Under the pieces are notes generated by a model that did no database searches, had not been told where the DNA came from, and worked only from the letters and a program-made list of their open reading frames with translations. From Mustelus asterias (Eukaryota), in contig NW_027590170.1 of assembly GCF_964213995.1 (NCBI RefSeq), positions 868,001-932,000 on the forward strand: DNA of 64,000 bases, in the 5' to 3' direction. The position numbers and the translations under genes are program-made. Of this stretch, positions 36,533-48,875 are shown piece by piece; positions within the stretch are counted from its first letter, which is position 1, and each line of letters starts with the position of its first letter.

Positions 36533-38507
36533 TTTACTAAGGAGGTTGAATCTCTTGTGAAGAGGAAGAAGGAGACTTATGTTAAGATGAGACGTGAAGG
36601 CTCAGTTAGGGCGCTTGAGAGTTACAAGTTAGCCAGGAAGGACCTAAAGAAAGAGTTAAGAAGAGCCAGGAGGGGACATGAGAAGTCTTTGGCAGGTAGG
36701 ATCAAGGAAAACCCTAAAGCTTTCTATAGGAGTAAAAGAATGACGAGGGTAAGATTAGGGCCAGTCAAGGACAGGAGTGGGACGTTGTGCGTGGAGTCTG
36801 AAGAGATAGGAGAGACACTAAATGAATATGTTTCGTCGGTATTCACACTGGAGAGGGACAGTGTTGTTGAGGGGAGTACTGAGATGCAGGCTGTTGGACT
36901 GGATGGTATTGATGTTCATAAGGAGGAGGTGTTAGCAATTCTGGAAAGGGTAAAAATAGATAAGTCCCCTGGGCCGGATGGGATTTATCCTAGGATTCTC
37001 TGGGAGGCTCGAGACGACATTGCAGAGCCTTTGGTTTTGATCTTTGTGTCGTCATTGTCTCCAGGAACAGTGCCAGAAGACTGGAGGATAGCAAATGTTG
37101 TCCCCTTGTTCAAGAAGGGGAGTAGGGACAACCCTGGTAATTATAGACCGGTGAGCCTTACTTCTGTTGTGGGCAAAGTATTGGAAAGGATTATAAGAGA
37201 TAGGATTTATAATCACCTAGAAAGGAATAATTTGATTAGGGATAGTCAGCACGGTTTTGTGAAGGGTAGGTCGTGCCTCACAAACCTTATTGAGTTCTTT
37301 GAGAAGGTGACCAAAGAGGTGGATGAGGGTAAAGCGGTTGATGTGGTGTACATGGATTTCAGCAAAGCGTTTGATAAGGTTCCCCATGTAAGCTTTTGCA
37401 GAAAATACGGACACATGGGATTGAGGGTGATTTAGTGGTTTGGATCAGGAATTGGCTCGCTGTAAGAAAACAAAGGATGGTGTTTGATGGGAAATATTCA
37501 TCCTGGAGCTCAGTTACTAGTGGTGTACCGCAAGGATCTGTTTTGGGGCCACTGCTGTTTGTCATTTTTATTAATGACTTGGATGAGGGCGTGGAAGGAT
37601 GGATTAGTAAATTTGCGGATGACACTAAAGTCGGTGGAGTTGTAGACAGTGAGGAGGGAAGTGGCAGGTTACAGAGGGACATAGATAAGCTGCAGAGCTG
37701 GGCTGAGAGGTGGCAAATGGAGTTTAATGCGGAAAAGTGTGAGGTGATTCACTTTGGAAGGAGTAACAGGAATACAGAGTACTGGGCTAATGGTAAGATA
37801 CTTGGTAGTGTGGATGAACAGAGGGATCTGGGTGTCCATGTGCATAGATCCCTGAAAGTTGGCACCCAGGTTGATAGGGTTGTTAAGAAGGCGTACGGTG
37901 TGTTAGCTTTTATTGGTAGAGGGATTGAGTTTCGGAGCCAGGAGGTCACGCTGCAACTGTACAAAACTCTGGTGCGGCCGCATTTGGAGTATTACGTACA
38001 GTTCTGGTCGCCATATTATAGGAAAGATATGGAAATGTTGGAAAGGGTGCAGAGGAGATTGACCAGGATGTTGCCTGGTATGGTGGGAAGATCGTATGAG
38101 GAAAGGCTGAGGGGCTTGAGGTTGTTTTCGTTAGAGAGAAGAAGGTTAAGAGGTGACTTAATAGAGGCATACAAGATGATCAGAGGATTAGATAGGGTGG
38201 ATAGTGAGAGCCTTTGTCCTCGGATCGTGTTGGCTAGCACGAGGGGACATAGCTTTAAATTGAGGGGTGAGAGATATAGGACAGATGTTAGAGGTAGGTT
38301 CTTTACTCAGAGAGTAGTAAGGGCGTGGAATGCCTTGCCTGCAGCAGTGGTGGACTCGTCAACGTTGAGAGCGTTCAAGTGGTTATTGGATAAACATATG
38401 GATGATATTGGAATAGTGTAGTTTAGAGGGGCTTTAGATTGGTACCACTGGTCGGCGCAACATCGAGAACCGAAGGGCCTGTACTGCGCTGTAATGTTCT
38501 ATGTTCT
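36533..38507 (+). mobile_element. CR1 LINE (~2 kb) nested in an older CR1 (~35980-38690)
   Basis: ORFs 36557-37435 and 37396-38421 with full RT motifs and one frameshift; older element resumes at agaggctcgtgaatctttgg. Confidence 0.93.
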
Positions 38508-39092
38508 AGAGGCTCGTGAATCTTTGGAACTCTGCCTGAAAAGGCGGTAGAAACAGAGTATTTGAATATTTTTAAGGCAGAGGTGGATAGATTCTTGCTA
38601 AGCAAGGGGGTGTTAGGTTTTCTTGATTATGAGGAGTGCAGATTACTATCAGATGAGTCACGATCTTATTAAAATGGCTGAGAACGTTCGAGTGTCTGAT
38701 CGGGCTCCGCCTGTTCCTTGTCTATATGTTCAACTCTCACTCCACTATTCAGAAGAGTTACGCATTTCCTATGAGTCATATTATTATAATACGTGAACAA
38801 TGATTTGGTCCATATTAACTGACCATGAATCAAACCGCGGCCGTGGAGATAAACTGGTCGAATCTTGATCACTGGACCACCACTGAGGTTGGAGACAAGC
38901 GAATCCCGTGGATACACGAGATTGCAATACCGATTTTGTTTTACAGTGATTCAGTTTTCTTTATAAATTCTTGAATTCGCATATTGTGCACGTGTCGACA
39001 AAAAAGCAACATTTGAAGGGTGGTCTATTGTGGCACTGAGAAGTAGATGAATTGTTGGAGTTTAATGAAATTTTCGTTTTCTATCTCATTTT

Positions 39093-39987
39093 TCAAAACT
39101 TAAACAAATTAATAAATAATTTCAGTGGATAATTCACTCCATTCTTTAACTCGGCTCTGAAATTCCTTTGAGTCCCAGCATAAATAAACGGGTTGATGCA
39201 GGAACTCAGAAACTGCAGCATATATCCGCTTTCCTCCAAGATAAATGACCATTCACTAATATCAGGAACAGAAAAATAAGGAACCTTTGCAATTCGGACA
39301 TAGAGTATCGTCACAAAAAATAACGTATATAAGAGATGGCAAAGAGTAAAATAATGGACTTTCTCCGCTTCTCCACCTCTGGGTCACTCTGTTTTTCTCC
39401 ATTACTCTGTGCCCGGAGTCTCCTGCGGGCCCGATTAGCCGCGACAATGTGTTTGACGGTCAGAGCATTGAACAATAAAATCAGAATAAATGGGATACAG
39501 GGCATTGAAATTGTTCGAAACAAATCATAGGCGTCCCATGCGGGGGATGTATAAAATAATTGTTTTATAACACAGAACCAAGGTATGTTGTCAATTATAT
39601 GCAGAGGTTCAAAGATAAAATACAGGAAGGATGTTTTTAGAGAGCTCAATGTGCAGACGGTCCCTATGACCCACGCTGCTGTCTTCTCCGTGCAGTATTT
39701 GATTTTCAGCTTCTGGCAGCAAATGCCCACAAATCGATCAAAGGTGAAAGCAACCGTTAACCAGGCAGAACTGTCAATGGTTGCGTAGATTATCACAACG
39801 TGCAGAATGCATATTGGTGTGATTGACAGGAAACTGCCGGGGAAATAAATCCCAGCAGTCCGGCTTAATATCACGCTGGTGATAATGACCAAGAGATCCA
39901 TCAACGCCATGGACACCACATAGTAAATTATACATCTGGAGAGACCACAGCTCCTTCGGTATAGGATTAAAATGACTGCCAAGTTTG
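39093..39987 (-). pseudogene. Second GPR139/GPR142-like GPCR pseudogene (exon 2; possible decayed exon 1 ending near 40917)
   Basis: cag|ANLAVILILYRRSCGLSRCII...SAWLTVAFTFDRFVGIC...LLFNALTV...RRKSIILLFAIS, then a deletion/frameshift in TM6, then LQFLSSCINPFIYAGTQRNFRAELKN. Confidence 0.88.
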
Positions 39988-42048
39988 CTGTAAAATAGAG
40001 AAGGAAAGGGAACATATGGGTGACAGCACGATAGACAAGATGTTATTTTCTCAACTCCCATCCAAATGATACAAGATTGTGCAAGAAATTGAAACGTTTG
40101 CGACTTGATTCTGCTTTGCAAACTGTCCCTTGTTCGGGTTCCCATGCACATAATCATAAGAATTATAAATAAGCTGGGTCAGTGACATGGAACTGCATAA
40201 TGCAATACAATATAATGAAATTTAAGAAAATATTAAATAACCATAAATGCAACTTCAGGAATAGTCAGCAACTTATTACAGGACACGTTGGATATGTAAT
40301 TATAAAAATACATTAATTGCCATATTCAACTGGAAAGTTCCCATCTCGTTCAACTTCAAAAGTTGCCCCATCTGGAGAATTATTCTTAAACTATTCACTG
40401 TTGGAAATGCCTGCATTAAACCAAAATATAAATCTTCAATCAAAACAGCGGGAGCCAATTGGCGTTTCTCTGAATTTACAAAGGCAATGTTGAAAGGAGC
40501 TCCTAACCTGAGAATTAGCCGTAATTGCTGGTGTATAATGTAATACTGGAACTGGCAGATGTAAAGGACGCAATTGAAGAGAGTCTTACTCTCATTGCAG
40601 GGGTAAATGAACAAATCTGACCTGAAGTGCATATTTGAAGGTAAATATCAGATTTGGAGCTCGCAAGCAGTACTGGGTCCATTCAATATGTCTTCTGAAA
40701 TTTCAGAGAGAGGCGTGCAACTGACCGCAGGCATTTCCAAAATCACTTATATTCCATGCAAAATATGCCTCCAGTTACCGTACCTCGGTCAACATAGTCA
40801 AAGCAATCAGAAAAGAATGGAGAGAAATTGTGACTTGTGTAATGAGAGTCCAGGATACAGACTGGAGACGAAAATAGTGTTCTTGTGTTTTTTATGGGTG
40901 TGTACCAATTACTCACCAAAGAGCCACGATTGCAATCCTCCTATACTGTCAAAAACCCATTGACACCTAAGGTCTGTCAATAAAATATTTCATTATGTTC
41001 AGACAGCAATTATTTGTACGACTCAATCCATTGCTCTCAATATCCACAACACGAAGAATATCGAGAATTATATCGTGATAACGTTGTGGTAATTCGCCCA
41101 CTGGAACAGGGAGAAGATGATACATATTTACATGCGCAGAGAGGTGACAATGTGATAATTCAAGCACAACAATGATACTGATAATACAAAAGTTACATGT
41201 TTGCACGGCAATAACTATAACTTCCAATAGCAGCAACAATAATACTGCAGAAATGGATTTATGCTGTGGTATCCAAGTGAAAATTCGTAATGGTTAGTGT
41301 GTCAATGTTGTAATCGAACTACATGTACAATATAATAACTTTGAAGTAATCCATCTACAATAACATTGCTAAGAAAAATATAACTACATTTCTAAATTGA
41401 GTTTGCAGTGGTAAATAGCAAGGTAGGACGCGTGAGGTGGGACAAAAGTGTGGCACAGGTCAGAGGCAGGGAGAGCCACAGTGAATGAGGCTCCCGCGGG
41501 CCTCATACAAAATCTGGCACAGGTCGATAATCAATGATTCATTGTCAGGACAACACATGGTGTTAAAAATCAGCGAAAATTTACTCATAGTGAACCTGAC
41601 AATACAGTCCCGTCTAAGTGTTTTCCCTCACTGAGGTTACTGATTGTCACTGTTGGGAAGTTTAACATGTTTTTACTCATATTACTATCACATCAAGTCC
41701 AATCGCTCCCCGATCCTTTCACACAAACCCACAGATCTCCCAGGTGAACCATGTCATCAGACAGACCACACCTTTCAAAAGTGATCAAGTATCAAAGGCA
41801 GACTCAGAGTTGTCACATGTTGAAGTCGCTGGGTTAAAATTATTGACTGTAACATGTGTACTTTATAAACAAAAACCCACAGTTGCAAACAGTCGAGGTA
41901 ACAATATTGGACGGATATTTTGCTGGAACTTAAAGTCCACAAATGCTGATGCGGTAAGTTATTTAATCAATTTCGGCTTTCACTCGAGGTGTCAGAACTG
42001 CTTTGTAGAAAGTTAAACAATTTTTATTTTGCTGGCTACTAACGTGCA

Positions 42049-42138
42049 GGCTCGTTGGTCTAGGGGTATGATTCTCGCTTAGGGTACCTCGCCCCATTAG
42101 CATGCGAGAGGTCCCGGGTTCAAATCCCGGGCGAGCCC
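42049..42138 (+). tRNA. TRNAP-AGG: tRNA-Pro(AGG) with 18-nt intron (42085-42102)
   Basis: GGCTCGTTGGTCTAGGGGTATGATTCTCGCTTAGGG[TACCTCGCCCCATTAGCA]TGCGAGAGGTCCCGGGTTCAAATCCCGGGCGAGCCC. Exons are essentially canonical vertebrate tRNA-Pro(AGG); TTTT terminator at 42141-42144. Confidence 0.93.
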
Positions 42139-42439
42139 CGTTTTGACCGAAATATTGTGTTCGAAAGGAGATATTGTGATTTGTTTCAGGTGCAAACGGC
42201 GGGATGGCTTTCTGCTGACTGGCTCCGAAAAAGAGTCACAAAGGCACAGAATCTTACAGCACGGACAGAGCCCACTCGGACACCCACATGGCAGGCGCGG
42301 ACATCCATCATGTCTGCGCCTGCCACGTGAGAGCTGGACGGGAAGCGTTCGTTCTGATTCTCGCTCCACAGATACTTCCAAAAGTACTGACATAACCCAG
42401 TATTTTCTGTTTCTATTTCAGGTTTTGAAAGTCCGCAGT

Positions 42440-43075
42440 GTGCTGCATTATATTAGACTTTGGGCTGACAAGTGGCAAGTAACAGTCGCGCCACACAAAT
42501 GCCAGACAATGTCCATCACCAATAAGAGAAAATCTAACCATCGCCTCTTGACAGTCAATAGTTGTTCCATCACTGAATCCCCCACTGTTAACATCCATAC
42601 GGTTACCATTGACCAGATACTCAATTGGACTCGCCACATAAACACAATGGCTACAAGGGCAGGTCAGAGGCCAGGAATACTGCGGCGAATAACTCACCGC
42701 CTGACTCCTCAGAGCCTGTCCACCATCTACAAGGCACAAGTCAGGAGCGTGATGGAATATTCCCACCTCGCCTGGATGGGTGCAGCGCCCACAACACACA
42801 AGAAGATTGACATCATCCAGGACAAAGCAGCCCGCTTGATTGGCACCACATCCACAAGCATTCAATCCCACCACAGCCGATGCTCAGTAGCAGCGATATG
42901 TATCTAAAAGACACACGGTAGCAATTCACCAAAGATCCTTAGACAGCACCTTCGAAACCCATGACCACTTCCATCCAGAAGGACAAGGGTAGTAGACACA
43001 TGGGAACACCACCACCTGCAAGTTCTCCTCCAAGTCACTCACCATCCTGACTTGGAATTATATTGCCATTCCTTA
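42440..43075 (+). mobile_element. LINE of a second CR1/L2-group family, ORF2 C-terminal fragment
   Basis: WADKWQVT.APHKCQ...LNWTRHI...IYKAQVRSVMEY...IQDKAARLI. Related remnants at ~13300-13600, ~29000-29284, ~32900-33330 and ~47870-48360(-). Confidence 0.8.
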
Positions 43076-43172
43076 GCATGGCCTCATTCTGTGGTGTACT
43101 CATTTTCTAATTTAGTGCGTACCTCACCCTGAGGCCGTGAACTGCAAAGTATTTTCTCATTTCTCATTTCTG

Positions 43173-43922
43173 TCATCTCTCCCTCAATGTCAGCAAAACG
43201 GAGATTGTCATTGACTTCAGAAAGCGTCGAGGAGAACATGCCCCTGTCTCCATCAAAGGGGACGAAGTAGAAAGGGTCCAGAGCTTCAGGTTTTTAGGTC
43301 TCCAGATCACCAACAACCTGTCCTGGCCTCCCATGCCGACACTATAGTGAAGAAAGCCCATCAACGCCTCTACTTTCTCAGAAGACTTAGGAAATTTGGC
43401 ATGTCAGCTCCGACTGTCACCAAGGTTTACAGGTGCACCATAGAAAACACTCTTTCTAGTTGTATCACAGCTTGATATGGCTCCTGCTCTGCCCAAGACC
43501 GCAATAAACTACAAAGGGTCGTGAATGTAGTCCAATCCATCACTCAAACCAGCCTCCCATCCATTGATTCTGTCGACGCTTCCTGCTGCCTCGGCAAAGC
43601 AGCCAGCATTGTTAAGGACCCCACGCACCCCGGACATTCTCTCTTGCATCTTCTTCCTTCGAGAGAAAGATACAGAAGTCTGAGGTCACGTACTAGCCGA
43701 CTCAAGAACAGCTTCTTCCCTGCAGCCATCATACTTTTGAATGGCCATTACCTTGCATTAAGTTGATCTTTGTCTACACCCTGACAGTGACTGCAATACC
43801 ACATTCTGCACTCCCGTTTCCTTCTCTATGAACAGTACGCTTTGTCTGTATAGCGCGCAAGTAAAAATGCTTTTCACGGCATACTAATATATGTGACAAT
43901 AATAAATAAAACCAAATCAAAT
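43173..43922 (+). mobile_element. Rex1/Babar-type LINE 3' fragment
   Basis: LNVSKT.EIVIDFRK...KAHQRLYFLRRL...RYRSLRSRTSRLKNSFFPAAI; aataaa and aaatc tail. Confidence 0.85.
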
Positions 43923-44614
43923 AGTTTCATTTCTCCTGACTTCCACACTATTCCTGTTGTTACATTTCCTCCCTCCTGAGTTTCAGTCGTTTCAAATTCC
44001 CACATTTTTCACCTTTTCCTGTTGTAATGAAAGGCCATGGACGTAAAAGATGAGCTTTGTTTCCCTGTCCACAAATTCTGGCTGAATTCCTAAGTTTCTG
44101 CAGCATCTTCCGCCTTCGCTGCAGTTATCTGATCGGATTTGAATGGCCAAGAGAGCATCTTTTCTTTCAATCAGTGGCTGCTTATAGGCTCCTTGGTGTA
44201 GGGGTCTGAATCGCATTTTGGTATGCCTTAACCACCGAGATCCCGAGTTGAAATCCGAGACTAGCCCTACTGTTTCTTCTTATCCCTGTTACATCAAAAC
44301 ATCGAAACCAGGAGTAGGTCATTGGAACATCATCTACCACTCATTGTTGTCATGCCTGATAATCAAATTCAATACCCTGATCCGCCATTTAGCCCCAAGA
44401 GCTATATTAAACTTCTCTTGAAATCATAGTGTTCGGCCTCAACTACTTTCTGTGGGAGAGAACTCTGCAGATTCACCACTCTCTGGCTGAAGGAAGTCTC
44501 ATCATCTCAGCCGTTATCCTCAAACTATTATCCCGAGTTCTGGACTCCCCACTAAAGAGAACATTCTTTCTGAATCTACCCTGTTTCATCCGGTCAGAAT
44601 GTTATAAGGTTCCA

Positions 44615-44935
44615 TTAGAATCATAGAATCCCTGCAGTACAGAACGAGGCCAATTCGGCCCATCAAGTCTGTACTGACCGCAATCCCATCCAGGCCCCAC
44701 TCCTGTAACTACATGCATTCACCCTGCTAATACCCCTGACACTAGGGCCAATTTAACACGGTCAATCAACATTAGCCGCACATCTTTGGACAATGGGAGG
44801 AAACCGGAACACCCGGAGGAAACCCATGCAGATAGGGGGAGAATGTGCAAACTCCACACAGACAGCGACCCGATGCCAGATTTGAACCTCGGACCCTGGC
44901 GTTTTGAGGCGGCAGTGCTAACCAATGTACCACCC
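44615..44935 (-). mobile_element. HE1-type V-SINE
   Basis: Reverse complement of the 23258 SINE including its tail. Confidence 0.85.
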
Positions 44936-45021
44936 AAAACATATCTGCCCAGAAATAGCCAGGATTAGTTGGCAAGAAATGCATTTGCCAATGTTGGACA
45001 CCTAAGTGTTAAAATAAGCCG

Positions 45022-45094
45022 CATCCCAGAAGTGACTCGAACACATGCTCCCTGGTTTAGGAAGCCAGTGCCTTACGCGTTAGGTTACTGGGAC
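45022..45094 (-). pseudogene. tRNA-Arg(CCT)-like pseudogene
   Basis: Reverse complement GTCCCAGTAACCTAACGCGTAAGGCACTGGCTTCCTAAACCAGGGAGCATGTGTTCGAGTCACTTCTGGGATG resembles Arg(CCT); D-loop GG lost and T-stem mismatched. Confidence 0.75.
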
Positions 45095-45449
45095 TATCGG
45101 TGAGCTACTGCTGCAACTTTAAAAAGCTGTATATCTCCATCCACATAGACAGTGACTAACCCCAGAATCGAAATCAGGTCCCTGGTATTGTGAGCCAGCA
45201 GAACTAGCCACTGTGCCGCCCTCTCCCACGAAGATTTGATCAGATTTCATGAGCTGCAGATTTTGTTTTTTCCTTTGCATTGCAGACTTTGGGATTGGTC
45301 CACATGGGGTTTCGTTTGAGAACCTGAGCACAAACTGTGAAGAAACTATCAGCACAACACACTCGCTCGAAAATAAAGATATGATCAACAGGGTTGGCTA
45401 TGTAACTTGACGTTCATTTTATCTCCATTCACCTCTTCAGCTGGCCCCA

Positions 45450-47849
45450 TGATTATGGAACTTTTTGGAACAGCTTGTGATGGAGCCCACGAGGGAACAG
45501 GCTATTCTGGACTTAGTGTTATGTAATGAGCCAGACGTGATAAAAGATCTTAAAGTAAGGGAACACTTAGGAAGCAGTGATCATAATATGGTAGAATTCA
45601 GTCTGCAATTTGAAAGAAGGAAGGCAGAATCAGATGTGAAGGTTCTACAGTTAAATAAAGGTAATTACAGGCGCATGAGGGAGGAACTGACAAAAATCGA
45701 CTGGAAGCAGAGCCTAGTGGGAAAGACAGTAGAACAGCAATGGCAGGAGTTTCTGGGAGTAATTGAGGACACAGTGCAGAGGTTCATCCCAAACAAAAGA
45801 AAGGTTATCAGAGGGGGGATTAGGCAGCCATGGCTGACAAAGGAAGTCAGGGAATGCATCAAGGCAAAAGAGAGAGCCTATAATGTGGCAAAGAGTAGTG
45901 GGAAGTCAGAAGATTGGGAAGGCTATAAAAACAAACAGAGGATAACAAAGAGAGAAATAAGGAAGGAGAGGATCAAATATGAAGGTAGGCTAGCCAGTAA
46001 CATTAGGAATGATAGTAAAAGTTTCTTTAAATACATTAAAAACAAACGGGAGGCAAAAGTAGACATTGGGCCGCTCCAAAATGACGCTGGTAATCTAGTG
46101 ATGGGAGACAAGGAAATAGCTGAGGAACTTAATAAGTACTTTGCGTCAGTCTTCACAGTAGAAGACATGAGTAATATCCCAACAATTCAGGAAAGTCAGG
46201 GGGCAGAGTTGAATATGGTTGCCATCACAAAGGAGAAAGTGCTAGAGAAACTAAAAGGTCTGAAAATTGATAAATCTCCGGGCCCAGATGGGCTACATCC
46301 TAGAGTTCTAAAGGAGATAGCTGAAGAAATAGTGGAGGCGTTAGTTATGATCTTTCAAAAGTCACTGGAGTCAGGGAAAGTCCCAGAGGATTGGAAAATC
46401 GCTGTTGTAACCCCACTGTTCAAGAAGGGAACAAGAAAAAAGATGGAAAATTATAGGCCAATTAGCCTAACCTCAGTTGTTGGCAAAATTCTAGAATCCA
46501 TCGTTAAGGATGAGATTTCTAAATTCTTGGAAGTGCAGGGTCGGATTAAGACAAGTCAGCATGGATTTAGTAAGGGGAGGTCGTGCCTGACAAACCTGTT
46601 AGAGTTCTTTGAAGAGATAACAAATAGGTTAGACCAAGGAGAGCCAATGGATGTTATCTATCTTGACTTCCAAAAGGCCTTTGACAAGGTGCCTCACGGG
46701 AGACTGCTGAGTAAAATAAGGGCCCATGGTATTCGAGGCAAGGTACTAACATGGATTGACGATTGGCTGTCAGACAGAAGGCAGAGAGTTGGGATAAAAG
46801 GTTCTTTCTCAGAATGGCAACCGGTGACAAGTGGTGTCCCGCAGGGTTCAGTGTTGGGGCCACAGCTGTTCTCTTTATATATTAACGATCTAGATGACGG
46901 GACTGGGAGCATTCTGGCCAAGTTTGCCGATGATACAAAGATAGGTGGAGGGGCAGGTAGTATTGAGGAGGTGGGGAGGCTGCAGAAAGATTTAGACAGT
47001 TTAGGAGAGTGGTCCAAGAAGTGGCTGATGTAATTCAACGTGGGCAAGTGCGAGGTCGTACACTTTGGAAAAAAGAATAGAGGCATGGACTATTTTCTAA
47101 ACGGTGACAAAATTCATAATGCTAAAGTGCAAAGGGACTTGGGAGTCCTAGTCCAGGATTCTCTAAAGGTAAACTTGCAGGTTGAGTCCGTAATTAGGAA
47201 AGCAAATGTAATGTTGTCATTTATCTCAAGAGGCTTGGAATACAAAAGCAGGGATGTACTTCTGAGGCTTTATAAAGCACTGGTTAGGCCCCATTTGGAG
47301 TACTGTGAGCAATTTTGGGCCCCACACCTCAGGAAGGACATACTGGCACTGGAGCGGGTCCAGCGGAGATTCACACGGATGATCCCAGGAATGGTAGGCC
47401 TGACATACGATGAACGTCTGAGGATCGTGGGATTATATTCATTGGAGTTTAGGAGGTTGAGGGGAGATCTGATAGAAACTTACAAGATAATGAACGGCTT
47501 AGATAGGATGGACGTAGGGAAGTTGTTTCCATTAACAGGGGAGACTAGGACGCGGGGGCACAGCCTTAGAATAAAAGGGAGTCACTTTAGAACAGAGATG
47601 AGGAGAAATTTCTTCAGCCAGAGAGTGGTGGGTCTGTGGAATTCATTGCCACAGAGGGCTGTGGAGGCCGAGACGTTGAGCGTCTTCAAGACAGAAATTG
47701 ATAAATTCTTGATTTCTCAGGAATTAAGGGCTATGGGGAGAGAGCGGGTAAATGGAGTTGAAATCAACCATGATTGAATGGTGGAGTGGACTCGATGGGC
47801 CGAATGGCCTTACTTCCGCTCCTATGTCTTATGGTCTTATGGTCTTATG
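45450..47849 (+). mobile_element. Young CR1 LINE, 5'-truncated, ORF2 nearly intact
   Basis: 522-aa ORF (endonuclease end SDH motif to RT FADD) and 245-aa ORF in the same frame, separated by one TAA at 47031-47033; (cttatggt)n tail. Confidence 0.96.
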
Positions 47850-48802
47850 GGTTCAGTGAGCTGCCTGGATGTTTCTTTTTGTTCATGTGGGTGTCGCTGG
47901 CTAGATCAGCATGCACTGCCCATCAGTATTTAGCCTTGAGAAAGTTGTGGTGAGCTGCCTTCTTGAAACGTTGTAATCCATTTGTACAGGAACACTTACA
48001 GTGCTGTTAGGGAGGGAAGTCCACGAATTTGTCCCAATGACAGTGAAGGAACGGCGATATATTTCCAAATCAGAATGCTGAGGGAATTGAGGGTGGTGTT
48101 GGCTGTGTGGCGTTGGAGGGGGGAGGGGGGAGAGGGGGCGGGGGGGGGGGTGGCAGGGGAGCTGCCAGGTGGAAGCGGTCTTGGGTTTGGGAGATGCTGT
48201 CTAAAGTGCCTTTGGTGGATTCCTGCATCATGCAGACAAGTGGAGAATATTCTATCGCACTCCTGACTTGTGCCACGTCGATCGTGGACTGTTTTGTGGG
48301 AGTCGGGAGGTGAGTTACTCCCACAGGATTCCCATCCTCTGCCCTGCTCTTTTAGCCACTGAATAAACTGATAACATGCGTGCTGAGTCAGAATAGGTGT
48401 GTCTTCTTTCCTGCTCAGTTTGTCGTGAATTTTCCGCACTTTTGTCTTTTCCTGAATGTATTTTGAGGCTCAAGTAAGGGCCAATGCCATATGATTGTAA
48501 GATACTACATTCAGGTAATATTCAATCGTGGATTCACTAGCGGGAGGGGTACGGTTTCGAGTCATGTTGTTGACGCTGGATTGATAAAGCAGAGAAGCAG
48601 GCTGAAGCTTTGGGAACCAGGGTTCGAATTCCAACACAGCAGATTAACTCAATTCAAGGCAAAGTAGAATTACTGTAAGTGAGTAGAGAAAATTTTAATT
48701 ATGTAATATTTCCTCACTAAAACGAATATGTTTTGACCATGTTTCTGCCGATTTTGAAGCCTCGGACCGATATATAAACATTGCTGCACGCTGCTTTGCC
48801 GT

Positions 48803-48875
48803 GGGCTAGTGGCGCAATGGATAACGCGTCTGACTACGGATCAGAAGATTCCAGGTTCGACTCCTGGCTGGCTCG
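48803..48875 (+). tRNA. TRNAR-ACG: tRNA-Arg(ACG)
   Basis: GGGCTAGTGGCGCAATGGATAACGCGTCTGACTACGGATCAGAAGATTCCAGGTTCGACTCCTGGCTGGCTCG; canonical apart from a U5.G68 wobble. Confidence 0.95.

Noticed and set aside
42143-42907. 254-aa ORF directly after tRNA-Pro(AGG)
   Set aside because: Non-ATG start; unique sequence runs by chance into a LINE ORF2 fragment.
48595-48645. B-box GGTTCGAATTCC suggesting another tRNA
   Set aside because: No cloverleaf or A-box; probably a decayed SINE head.
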